Assembly: GCA_963924565.1 (NCBI GenBank)
Contig: OZ004610.1
Coordinates: 10,354,001-10,418,000, forward strand
Length of the DNA stretch: 64,000 nt
Direction: 5' to 3'
From: Ascidiella aspersa
Lineage: Eukaryota
The translations under genes and the position numbers were made by a program. The notes below the pieces were generated by a model that was given only the letters and a program-made list of their open reading frames with translations, made no database searches and was not told where the DNA came from. Below are positions 34,044-46,700 of this stretch, in pieces. Numbering within the stretch: the first letter of the stretch is position 1; each line of letters begins with the position of its first letter.

Positions 34044-37000
34044 TCAGGTCAGGGAGAGCTCTTCCCGGGACTTGAAGAGTAGCGCGGCGTTGTAGATTTT
34101 AATGGCGGGACCGAGTTTGATTTTCAGCTGCTTGGTGAGGTCGTCCTGTGTGAGAAGGAGCAGCGCGTCGCCGTCAATCTCGTCGCGGACGAAGGCGTCG
34201 ATGTTGCCGGCGCTGTCGGTCAGGACGCCCACGAACGTCGCGGTGGTCTTAATGTCCCACTTGGACACGTCGCTGGCGCGTAGCGAATCGACGCCGGGCA
34301 GCAGCTGGACCACCTGTTCCCAACACTCTGGCAGCGGGGTCTGGGTGTGGGGGTAAACTGGGGCGGGAAGGGGGGTGTGGTTTACCGGTGCGTGTTCGCT
34401 GGACAGCCGCAAAGACTTTTGTCGCGAGATGGACTTGCGCGACGCGGCTGCCATCTTACCATTTCCGTTCGGGAGTGCGCTGATCTTCCGCGGGCGACCC
34501 CTCTTTGGTTTGCGGCTGACGCCCGTCAGTTGACCTACGACAGGCGCGCGCGATGAATTGTCCTTGAGGTGGTCCTGGGTCGGAGGCTTTCCCTCGTCGG
34601 AGGAGTTGCCGCTGAGGCTGAACCGGTTAAGCGGCAGCTCGCGGGCAAGGTTCTGCGGCGAGTAGGGACAGCCGTGCTCGCTGAAGTGCTTCTTGTGGTA
34701 GAAGTGCTCGCGCGACAAGTTAACGTGACCCAGACCGTAGCAGCCCGGTATCGTGCAGCCCTTGCGTAGCGACGAGCCGGTGAAGTCCCGCGCGTCGATG
34801 GGCGGTTGCAGCAGGTGCCCAGTTTTTAAACACCAGGTGGGCGGATGCAGGTCCAGGCTGTCGGCGTCCATCCAGTAATCGAAGAGCTCACTCCATCCGT
34901 CAAATCGCACCTTGACACGGCACTCATCGGTGTCGACAATGCTTGCCACACGTACAAGAATCGGGTTGCGTAGGTCGACAACCTCCAGCTTCATCCCTGG
35001 AGTGAACAGGTCGCTGGGGTGGTAGGCGGACGCGAAGCTCTCAGATCGAGCAGCGCGCGACTTTGTATTAGCCAGGTACTTCGGCCAGGAGAAGGGCCAT
35101 TGCGTGTCGTAGTTGGGTGGCGACGAGAGCTCCTTGCCGTGCTGCGTACACCAGCCGAGCGGGTGCAGGAAGGGCGAGTTGTCGCGCGCCCAGAAGTCGT
35201 ACTCGCTCTGCCAGCCGTCAAAGTGAACCAGCACGCACTCGCCGACGGCGTCCACCACAGTAGCCACGCAGGTCAGCTCGCTGTGCTGGCGATCGACCGC
35301 CTCCAGCTTGTCGCCGATACGGAAGCGCGTCGCGTTCTCGAAGATGGCGGGCGCGAACATAGCGTCGGGCGTGGCGGCCGGGTGGAAGCGGCGAAACTCA
35401 TTCGGCGTCAAGGGCGTCTCGTCGTTCCGCGGCGACACGAGCGACAAATGACGGCCGGTGCGCTCGCAGAAACCGCAGGGAAAGAGCAGCGGAGAGTCGG
35501 CGTTCACCCACTGGTCGTAGCACGCGTATTCTCCGTCGATGTGCAGGCGAAGGCGGTAGCCTTGGATTTGTGCGATGCGCATGCGGCAAATGTGCGACTG
35601 GTGCGCGGCGTCCACCGCTTCCACGAACCAGCCCACCTTGAAAGGGTTGGGGCGCGTCGGGAACGCGGGCCGGCCAGTGGTCTCCTGAAACACGGCGTCC
35701 GGAATCGGCGCGGCTCCCTCGCGCTCCAGGTACTGACGCCAGGAGAACTTTTTGCTCGGCGCCGCGATGATGCCTTGAGCGTTGCTATTGTTGTCACTCT
35801 GTTGTTGCTGTTGCTGGGCGCCCGTTGTCTTGGTGACGGCGGCGGTCGAGTGCGCATGCGCGTTCGGAAGTCGAATGGTCATCTTCAGGTCGCCGGCAAC
35901 TGAAAGATCGTATGCAGAAAAATATTATATATACGTCGAGATTTGTAATTGCGATTACGTTTCAGGTAGAAACAGTAAATTTATTTAGTTGTATAAGTGA
36001 AGTATATAAACACTGCTAAGACTGTAAATTAAATTATAAACCTTTCAAGTGAATGAAAGATGCACACAGATATGTGTGTTAACAACTGTGATCTAGCCCT
36101 TCTGAAGCCGTTTTGACCAACGATTACGGCTTACGTATCATTAGTACATCGAAAGCCATTGCACACTCACCGAATCTGTCGATCAATGATGCAAGCCGAG
36201 CAGACTAGAAAAACAACTAGCCTGCAGTAACCGTGGCTCTACCAACTGAGCTACACAGGCTCAGAGAGGAGAGAGTCGAAACAACCATATGCCCTTTCAT
36301 TGATTGACAGATTCGGTCGATGGCTTTTCGGTGTACCTCTTGAAGTGCTTTTACTTAAAACTAAGTTTTAAAATAGGGCGATGTTGCTGTTACAAAAAAG
36401 AGCAATGTCGTTACCAAGTAAGAAGCCTTGGTTCAAAACTTCAAATTAACAAAAACACAAAACATAAAGTACAAATCGCGTGCGCAAACACAACAAACCG
36501 ACTTTTCATTGCAAGACAAAACAGAATGGCTTACCTGAAACTTCGGGATTGGGCGCGGCTTCGTCGTCGTCGTCCGTGGACTCGCTGCGCGGAGTCGAAA
36601 ATGCGCAAGTGACCGGCGCACCTGAGAGCCTCCGCTGCTTGGTGGCCGACGTCAAGAGGAGAAGTTTTTCCTCGCCGCCTACGCCACTCCTGAGCGCCCC
36701 CTCGTGGCGACGCTTGGCGCCGTTGTGCGCGCTCCGCTCGACGCAAGGGTCGCTGCACCTCGACATTTCGCTGTCGGTGTTTGGTTTGTTAGTCGCGGCG
36801 CCTGGTGGGATGTCGTTCGATTTTGCGACGTGGGGTTGCAGCCGATTAGTTTCTGTTTCTGTTTCTTTCGCTGGAGAAGCCGCGCTCGAAAAGGGCTGCT
36901 GCACAATGGCGACGGCCACGGTTGAAGCGTCTTTGGCCGGCTGCAAACCGAATTCTTGCGGCACGATGGCAGACGGTTTTGAATCTAATTGTCTGGGCGG

Positions 37001-40000
37001 CGTTTGCTCAGTTTCAGGCGACGGCTCATTGAAGCCTGGATTTTCACATAACGTTTTTAACAAGTATCTATGAATTGTATAAAAAATATTTTAGAGCAAG
37101 GCACAGCGTTATGAATCTTTTGTTGGCGCAGGGTTGCCACACACTTTTATGAAACAAATTAAGCAAATAAATATTATGATTTCAAAGCCTTAAAATTGAA
37201 TTACTTAACGTATTTTTAATTCAATTCGAAAACAAAAAAACGATTAATGCCATAGTCAACACAATAACAAGTAGTTTGAAAAATAAGGCTTGTTCTTAAC
37301 ATGTAACTTACGATAGACATGAAAAAATTTAATGACTAGCTATTGAAAGACTGTTGAACTTCTTATTCAAGAATTTTCTTCAGGGCAAAAGATATTTTAA
37401 TTCGCAAATTGATTTAAAAGATAATTAAATACCATTGAAGATTTAAGACTTTGTGGTAACCTTATTGGGCAGCCTCCAATTATCGCAAAAAACCAGCTGG
37501 TTTTGAAAGCACCCTGGACTTTGATCTTACCGTTGCAAGTGTCCGCGGTTGTTAAAGAGACGTCTCGCACATTTGTTGTGGGGTCACTTTGTAGATTGTC
37601 AGTTGAACGAAATTGCCCTTCATCCTCGAGGATCTTAATTAAAACTTGATTTTTTGTAAATAGTCACCCACAAGGTTGGGGGTTTAGTATTACAAAAAAA
37701 GTGTTTTTGTTTCGTTTGACTTTTCCAAGTTGCAAGAAATACGTTTTTTTACACTTAAAATTCAATAAGAAGTACTAAAACTTGCTGTTACAAGTTTGTT
37801 ACTAAAACTTGCTGTACAGATTGTTATCTCTTGATTATTTTACTGGAAGAGCATCCAATGGAAATTGGGAGGTTTACTTCAGTTGGTTACACCGACGGCT
37901 TCTAATATTGATTACGGTGAAATTTAACAACAGATGAGAGTAGTCGCTATTTGGTCTTATAAATGACGTTTAGCCGAAAACACTTCACTTTGGAACTTTA
38001 TCTGCGACTATTATGCGCTGGTGTCGTGAGCTATTTTAGAAGCCTCGCGCGAGGGTGTGCGCGTATAGATGGCTTCTGCCTAGTCTAGAAATGATAATAG
38101 TGAGCAATGCAATGCAATTTGTATGCAAATAAAATCATAATTGATGACAGAGATATTTAAAGCGATGTAAGCCAGTCAGTTAAACGGGTGGGCAAATATG
38201 ATGCAAACCGAAGGAACGCGTCTGATAGTAAGCACACACCTAACGCACTAAACTAGGGTTACTCAACCGTGGCCCGCGGCCCGACTGGGGGGCACGGAGC
38301 GGTTGTTGAAGGGTCGAAGGAATAACTCTCTAGCAAGGTATTGCAAAACCAAAGTGTTATTTAATTTCAAATTTGCCAGTTAACTTAAATTTGAGGTATT
38401 TATTATGACTGTAAACCTTTCTTGTAACATTTTATTACACACTAGACCAGTGGTTCTCAAACTTTTTTAAAAAAATTACGCAACGGTCCCCTAGCAATAT
38501 TTTATTTTGCTCACGGTCCCCTTAAAAATATACACAAAATAACACGTTGTTTTGAATGGTTTCAAATGGGACGGGTGCTATTGCAGTCTTAGATATAGGC
38601 TTGTTGATACCGTTTTTAGTATTGTAACGCTAACGAAATCACTTTATTTGAGCGAAGCAATCACGATAAGTTTTAAAACCGTGACACACGGCAGCGCAGC
38701 AAGCTGTAAAAAACGTAATTCTTATTAGAACAAAGCAATACTATGGCATCACAATGCACAATTTAACTCAAAGCATGCAATCACGTGAATGGACAACTAA
38801 TCTTAGATTGCGACGACGCTAACACGTTGGAATTACGTTAGCGTAATGTCACTTTGCGCGTTAAGGTCGAGACAGAGTATGGCGTTCCTTTGTTTTTACC
38901 CACAATTAGGCCTATGTACGACATCGATGTATAGCATTGTTATTATTATTGTGTTTGTTAAGCTTGGTTTGGAAAAGTAAGTTGGCTGACAATTATACTT
39001 ATATCTCGCTTTATAACCAATAATTTAAAAATTACTTGTGGCAATTGAGCATGTAACCGAAAGGTAATGTTGCACGATTGACAAACTGTTTGAAAATTTA
39101 CAGAGCATCGCACAGCGCGATTAATATTTGTAATCTTGTAACTTTAGCAAAACTGTGACGACGCCCGCTTGAGATACGCTACTTTCTCTCATAGAAAGAG
39201 ACAATTTTTTTCTGTCTGGGAGGAGTTTCTTTCTATTTTACACTCTCGCCCGGAGTCTTGCTGACGAAGGAGCAGTATGAGCGACGTTGCTCTGTCTGTC
39301 TCTTTTTTTTCATGTCAGCGACCGAGCGGCGAACATGTGTGGTCGACCGGCCGACAAACTTTCTCATTTATATAGTAGATTTTTCTGACACGTTCTTTGA
39401 TTCGTCAGTAGGGGTGTTTAATGTGGAACATTACATCCTTTTTATTAATTTATCGCGGAAAATCGCGAGTGACGCGAAAGTATGTATAGAGAGTTCAAGA
39501 ACAAGCTGTGTAATGACTAACTAAGCTAATTTAAATTAAAATGACTAATTTCTTAAATTCATAGAAAGTAAGTGTACTTATTAGTTCATTAATGGCTGTA
39601 TTTGTTACTAACGCGAATAAGTAAAACACGTGAAATCACGTTAAATGCAATGCTAGGTACTACAGCCACGAGGGTTGAGTGCATTTTAAAGGAAGACACA
39701 AAACATAAAAGGTTAAAATAAAACCACTGCACTAGACATTATACGTACCTCGTTATTATGGAATATCGGTTCAGACTGATGGGCCTGCTCCTCGCCCGAC
39801 ATCACTTCCAGTTCTCCGCTGGGGTTGAGGCGAAACTGCAAGGAAATGATCGTCAGTTCATTTGTTTTCAACCGACGGTGTCGAATTGCGTCCACACACT
39901 GTGGTAGGTGAACACGCGACCAACTCAGAACGCAGTTTGTGGTATTGTAAGTTTCTGTCTGAAGCGCGAACCGAAACAGGACACGAAACGCAAGTGCCTA

Positions 40001-42782
40001 GTTTGCCATTGTTAAATAATTGCACCAGTATCGCTGGTTGTACAACCCTCCTTTGAAAATTTGTAATAATATTTTATAATTTAATTTTAGTCGGCTTCAA
40101 CCAATTTGACCTTGTTATCACATAATTACGCAGTTTACCCTGGCAATATTAAAAGTGTTAGAAGGCAACACAACAATGAATGAAATCAGATTAGACTTAG
40201 AACATTTGACTTTAACAGGCTACATTGGAAATACTTAAAACTGGGTTTCTTAACCTTTTTCACGCGGAAAAATGTTTAGTTTGCGTGGACCGGTGTCAAG
40301 CATGAATTTTTTCAGAGATGACATCATATAATAAGACTTAAGAAACCTGTTGTTTACTGTTAACACATGCAAATATGAAACTCAAGCAAAAATATGAAAC
40401 AAATATAGTCTATGTACATGCAGGGACCCGATTGCATTCCAGTGCCTTCCTGCCAAATATCTGTAGTGTGGATGCTTTTCCAAACTATGCGAGTAGTATT
40501 ATTTTGGTGCCAGTGATGTCATTTGGTGTGAAATATACAGCATATTACCATAAAATGCATTTCTGGCATATAATTATTACAAAATTTTAACACACAATTG
40601 AGGGCCTAAAAATTATTCGCAAAGATCTTTGGCGGCCACATAAATTTATGGAATGCAGTCAGACCGAGAGAAGGTTAAGCTTTATATTTTTAAATTTAAC
40701 TCTTTACTTTGGAAAAATTTAGTTCATTATAAATTTTCCACCAATGAATAAATTAGGCCTTTGTGAAACCACAAACAATAGTCCCTGGACCCTATTTTAG
40801 GAATCCAAGCTTTTTGCTATTTGCCATATAAAAATTTTCCCCTGATGAACTTGTTATTTTTATATTATTAAATTCCATATGCTATATTACTTCAATAAGC
40901 AATTTCTAAACAACATGTAAGTTGTGAAGTGACAAAGTAGTTGTTAAATCTAATTAATTTGTATAATTTAAACAAATGATTAGTATCTTGATTTGCCAGC
41001 AATGTAACCAGCCTAAATGTTAACAAACTATAGATAAACATTCCAGGACTGTGTCACATTTATTATATATGCTCCTGCCAAGTTAACATCAAATAAAAAT
41101 AGATACAAAGATACAATCCTTTATTCAACTTTAAACTACACATTTTGTCTAAAACAATCATAACCTGTAAATCACTGCCTGGAAGACTAGCAATGCCATC
41201 TTGCCAAGCAAGACCCAATGCTGTGGAGTCGAGACCTTCCATGTCACGATGTTCAGGGACTGCAGTGCTACTGTGATCGTCAGTTGACAAATTTGTTTCT
41301 GGGTAGTTGTACATTGACATGGTGTTCTACAAATGTCATTGGAATAGTTAGGAATCTATACATAATAATTACAGCATACCATAACATCAATTGTAAATTG
41401 TGTTGGTGACTAACCACTGAACAACTAAACACAACTCACAATAAGCCGTTAGAAAATTTAATAAAACAAATCATAATAAACAAGCATATATAAGCACACA
41501 GTAAGTCTGTGATCGACTAACATGTAGCCACACTCATAGTATAGATCAGGGGTGACGAACATGTGGCCCGCAAAAGAATTTTGTGTGGCCCGCGAAGCAT
41601 TCGGATGAGGACAAGGCAGTCTTAAAGTTTCTTTGACCAGCTTCTACTCTTTGCGATGCGATATCAAAAGCTGATAGCCGAATTAAATAATCAGCGGTTC
41701 TTAACCGGGGGCGCGCCCCCTGGCCAAGCAATTCCTATTCTTTCTTTCAGGTTTCTTCAATTTCAATTATCTTGTGGAGACAATTTCCTCACAACACGTT
41801 TTTTAGAATCCGCTCGATGAAAATCAATGTGCCGAGCACAGTCATTTGTTGTGTGCCCATTGCTAAAAGCCTCCTAAATTGCAATTTAGCCAATTCAAGG
41901 AAATCAAAACCCAATTTTTTTCGCTTTGCGCGACCAGCAATATGCTTAACTATTTTCAGATTGTCTCAGTGATATTAATCAAAAAATGCCGAATTGCTTT
42001 TTGTAAGGGCATAGAAAAATTACAAAAGGGGGGCGTGGCTAAAAAAAGGTTAAGAACCACTGGCGTATATCATGCAGGGATCGTAGAAACTGTTGTGTAA
42101 ATCCATACAGTAACCATTAATTCAAGATTCAACTGCTTATTCATTGTTGTGTCATAAAGTATACTAATAATAATGAAATTTAACACCATGAGCCTGTTGC
42201 TGCTTCAGTACATTGCAGTAGTAACTAGTTGAGTGTAAGCTTAGCTTGCCATTGAACATTTTTTTATGATTTTAACAGGTTTTATAGCATGAGTTAAAAG
42301 CTGTGTGGCCCGCTTACTCAGCGGTAACTGACAAAGAGGCCCGCGACAGCAAATAGGTTCGTCACCCCTGGTATAGATTAACTGTCATTGAGTCTGTGTT
42401 CCTAAAATACTTCCAGGAATAAAACTTCTATTTTTAACTCAATCCATCGAAACATTCCCGGGTGGAACCCTAATTGAGACACAAAAATCTGAAAAAAATA
42501 TGGACCATGTAATTCTGTTTAGGACACAATTAAACGTAAGAATTAGTTCATAAATCCAATGCAAATGGGTATTGATGGATTTTACAGCAATGCACTGTAG
42601 AATTGCAATGTCACACATTTATCTATCTTTAACTAAAATATGGTTAGCATAAATGTCAATTCAACACACATTTATTAGATATTTAAACCTACCAAACATT
42701 CACCATCTTTGTTTTCCAATTCATTTAAAGGGATTGCATCAGGAGATAAGCAAACAACACTGGCCTGATTATCTAGTGACAT
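34044..42782 (-). CDS. L3MBTL: Lethal(3)malignant brain tumour-like protein (L3MBTL1/3/4 family): 3 MBT repeats, C2HC zinc finger, SAM
   Basis: Exons (minus): probable 42782-42693, then about 41326-41165, 39835-39749, 37633-37531, 37035-36535, 35899-34044. N-terminal LAWQDGIASLPGSDLQFRLNPSGELEV motif; MBT2 EAVD...VHFDGWQSEYDFW; CTIPGC.GLGH...HFSEHGCPYS; SAM DEIDGDALLLLTQDDLTKQLKIKLGPAIKIYN. The 5' end is uncertain (alternative ATG at 41320). Confidence 0.9.
36144..36336. mobile_element. Small inverted-repeat element enclosing a tRNA 5'-half-like sequence
   Basis: About 45-bp imperfect inverted ends (gtacatcgaaagccat...accgaatctgtcgatcaatga / tcattgattgacagattcggt..atggcttttcggtgtac). Minus-strand GCCTGTGTAGCTCAGTTGGTAGAGC at 36260-36236. 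Confidence 0.6.
41547..42370. mobile_element. hAT-type MITE with a nested MITE (41692-42062)
   Basis: Perfect TIRs caggggtgacgaac / gttcgtcacccctg; perfect 8-bp TSD gtatagat. Inner element cagcggttcttaacc / ggttaagaaccactg. Confidence 0.85.
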
Positions 42783-43015
42783 ACTTATAACTGCAGATTT
42801 TAACCATTACTCTAGACACAACTATTGGAATAAAATATATCATAGAGTTAGTACTTTTAAGATAGTTCTTTAAAACAGTACAACTATGCACTGTGTAATA
42901 ACACAATTGGTAAAATAGAACAAGTTAGAGTAAGAAATCCATGTTTGGATAACCTTCATGCGCTAAATTTTATTGAATTTTTAGGTAATTATAAATCAAC
43001 ATAGCTGTTATAATT

Positions 43016-43392
43016 TAGAGATAGAGCGATATTTCGGTTTACCGATAATATAGGCCGATATTTTGCTTCTACCGATATATTGGTATCAGTAAATTTTGGC
43101 CGATATTTTACTATAAAAATATGATATACTTTTTCCTTAAAATCAAATAAATTTCCAAATTTTGTTAGAAGAATTTGTTGGGCAACTATCGTTTTGTTTA
43201 GCATCATGCAAAGTTAATATGCAAAATATTATTTTTATACATATATATATTATACATACTAAAATTTTATTTGATTTCCCTAGGCTTTAATTAATTCAAA
43301 TTTTGACTATATTATAGGTACAAATAATCGGTATCGATATCGGGTATCGGCTGGCAAAAACGTAAAAATCGGGTATCGGTATCGGTCAGAAA
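43016..43392. mobile_element. MITE with (T)ATCGG/CCGATA subterminal repeats
   Basis: Starts tagagatagagcgata; clusters of ccgata, then tatcgg repeats, ending tatcggtcgatctc. Confidence 0.6.
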
Positions 43393-43399
43393 AAGTGTT

Positions 43400-43790
43400 A
43401 TCGGTCGATCTCGGGTTATAATATGTAGTTAAGAAGGCATATCACGTCAAGCAACAATACTAGAAATCCAATTGTTAACTATAGTCTAACTCTAAAATGA
43501 CTGAACTTATTGACAACAATTAAGAATTTGCAACACGTTTCATAAACAGTTTGAGACAAAATTCTGCATATATTGCTAAACGCACAAGTTATGACGAAAT
43601 CATAAATTGTTTCTTTATAAATGAAACGTAACGAACAAAACCGCAATCCCGTCAATCGCACATTTTGCGATGTTACAATTGTTCTTTTCAAGACTTGTCG
43701 GACGCCATTTTGTATCTCGAATAAGTTGCGTGTTTCAAAGGATTGCTGTAGCTGGAGTCCAAAATCATTCGTGAGGCGGAGCAAACAAAG
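43400..43790. promoter_or_regulatory. Probable bidirectional promoter of L3MBTL and PUF60
   Basis: Head-to-head genes; local CpG-rich patch; YY1 consensus CGCCATTTT at about 43703-43711. Confidence 0.5.
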
Positions 43791-46700
43791 ATGAACGACC
43801 TTGATTTACTTACACACCTGCTGGTCCCACTTCCAAAATTAAGTTCAAGTCAAAAAGCTGCCGTAGAAAAAGTAAGACTGTTTTGTATAACCTATAATTT
43901 TTATTTTCAGTTAGGCTAAGTGTTTTGTAAAAGTGTAATGGTAATTCAAGAAGCAGGGCCTGTCTTACAATATTTTAATTTAGGCCAAAAAATATGCTAT
44001 GGAGCAAAGTATCAAGGACATTTTACTCAAACAAACAATCCAGCACCAACAGCAACAGATGAATTCTTTGCAAGTAATTATAGCATGTTGTTATTATTTC
44101 TCCAGAAAAAAAAAAATTATTTCTCCAGAAAAAAAACAACTAATGGCATTCATTTTTCTAGACTTCAGCACAAAAGCAACGTGCTTTGGCAATCATGTGT
44201 CGAGTTTATGTTGGTTCCATTTACTATGATGTCAAGGAAGAAATGGTGCGTGATGCATTTGCTCCTTTTGGACCCATTAAAAGCATTGATATGTCATATG
44301 ACCCCATCACTCATAAACACAAGGTTTGTTATTATTGAGTTACAGTAAAAAGGTTTGGCGCTGGTCTAGAATCCTTCCACAATTATTAAATCAACACACA
44401 ATATTTGGGTTAGGGTGTGAGTTAGTGTTTGGGTGTGGGTGGGTCAAGTACTATTATATTAATTATTTAATAATAACATTTGACCCACCCTAACCCAAAA
44501 CGCTAGCCCTAACCAAAATATTGTGGGTTTTGGTAGAATTGTAGACCAGCGCCAAGTTTGATAAAAAAGTTTGATCCAAATTTATAGGTTTTTAGTATAT
44601 GGAAATACATCTAAATGGCCAAAGATTTTTTTTAAGGGATACTGTTTCATTGATTACGAAATTCCAGAAGCTGCCCATGTGGCAACTGAACATATGCAGA
44701 CTAGTCAACTTGCAGGTTAGCCAATGCTTTTTTAAATGGTTGCATTTAATATATAAACATATTTGATGTTTGCTATTACAGGTCGTTCAATTAAAGTGGG
44801 TCGACCAAGTAACATCGGCCAAGCACAACCAATAATCAATCAGTTAGCTGAAGAATCAAAGCATTATAACAGGTAAATCTTAATAAAGTAAAAAAAGTGC
44901 CTTTATTGAGATTGTACAGAAAACTGTGAGCTAACCACTGGGCCACATTTCAGAGTGTATGTGTCATCAATTCATCCAGACTTGGAAGAGGCAGATTTGC
45001 GTTCCGTATTTGAAGCGTTTGGTAAAATATCTAATTGTAGACTGGACCGAGATGCGTTGAGCCGCCGACACAGAGGATATGCATTCATTGGTTAGCAGCA
45101 CAATATTTTAAATGTTTAAAATCCAGGTGAATGTTTTTAAATTTTAATGATTGTCAAATCGCAGAATATGAGAAGCTCCAGTCAGCACTGGATGCTATCT
45201 CCAGCATGAACATGTTTGATTTAGGAGGTCAATACTTGCGAGTCGGAAAAGCCATAACACCCCCGAACACCCATTTTGAATTGGTAAATAAGTAAATTTA
45301 AAGGAAAATAGTCTGACAAGTTCCTGTTTTAACATTTTGTCTTATTTAAAGCATGCAACACCAAGCAATGCATCCTCGTCAATGCCGGCAGCTGCTGCCG
45401 TTGCTGCAGCGGCAGCCACATCAAAAATCTTGGCTCAGGAAGCAGCAAAACCCCTACTACTTTCCCAGCACATTGTTTCAAACACATTGCCAGGCAAGTG
45501 CTATATAAACTTACTTAATACGTCAAACTTGTTTTTGTTTATAGATTGTAAATACAAGTTACAGCATCGTTAAATAATTTTTTTGTTGTGCAATATGCGC
45601 CATATTTACATCATTTAAATCAATTGTGTTAAAAAGTTTTTAAAAAATCTTAAGCATTTTTTGGTTGTTTATTCAGGTTTCAATAAAGTTGGTCATGCAA
45701 ATGGAGGTTCAAATTTAATGATGCAACAATCACTTGCTCCTACAGCTGTAATGGCTGCCAATCAAGCTGGGGTGGTAACTGGTATGTTTCTAAACATTTA
45801 AATATATGCAAACAACCCTGAACCATATTTACATAGGCGGTAAATCTCAATTGGCAGATTTTATTATTTTCTAATCCAATTCTTCATTTTGTGTTTCTTT
45901 ACTGTTTGTTTATTGTGTGATCCAAATTCCTGTCCCCTAAATCTCCCACAACTCCAAAACCAACCTGAATTCCACCCAAACCACCCTTAATCCAAATGAT
46001 TCCACCCCTTCCAGTATCCCTAAAGCACCTCCATTACTTACCTGTTCAAAGTGCAGTCGGCAGCTGAAAACGTCTCTCAGCTAGTAAGTGCCGTCGTGGT
46101 GGTAGCCTTTTTATTTTATCTGCATCTTCCAGCACCTAGAGACGCATTCGTTAAACCTATAAACTAACAGGCGTAACCCCAGCAAGCGGGGCCAGCGGTT
46201 TTCACAGCACACAGGCTCCTGCCAAAACAACGACTCCACAGGTGGTTCAATGTAATGTACAACTATAATCTGGTGTCAATTTAATTCTTTAAATGGCTAT
46301 GCAAAATATAAGTACCACATTTCAATAATGAAAATATAAAAAAGTAACGTGTTACGTAAATGAATACGTTTTGGCTAAATTAATGTTGTTATGAACTTCT
46401 AATTTCCTTATATAAATTGTATACTTACACTTTATTGTGTGTTGAGTTTTAATCAGTGACCTGCTGTGTCTAACAGTTACTTTAATTTCACTAATACGTC
46501 GGTAAATGCGGAAGCGTGGGTTGTCTATTACATTTAGCAATCCAGTTTAAACGGTTGGCAACTTTGCCGTTTCCACAGAGTCGAGTCATGGCGTTGCACA
46601 ACATGGTTCAAGTTCAAGACATCGATGAGGATCTTGAGGGTGAAGTAACCGAGGAATGTGGAAAATTCGGCGCCGTCGAAAAAGTTATAATATACCAAGA

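Noticed and set aside
35019-35903. 294-aa plus-strand ORF (also 36480-37073, 25777-26295, 25922-26407)
   Set aside because: Antisense shadows of GC-rich coding exons, with no recognisable motifs.
36225-36260. tRNA gene
   Set aside because: Only the acceptor 5' strand and D-arm are present; there is no T-arm/B box or 3' acceptor strand.
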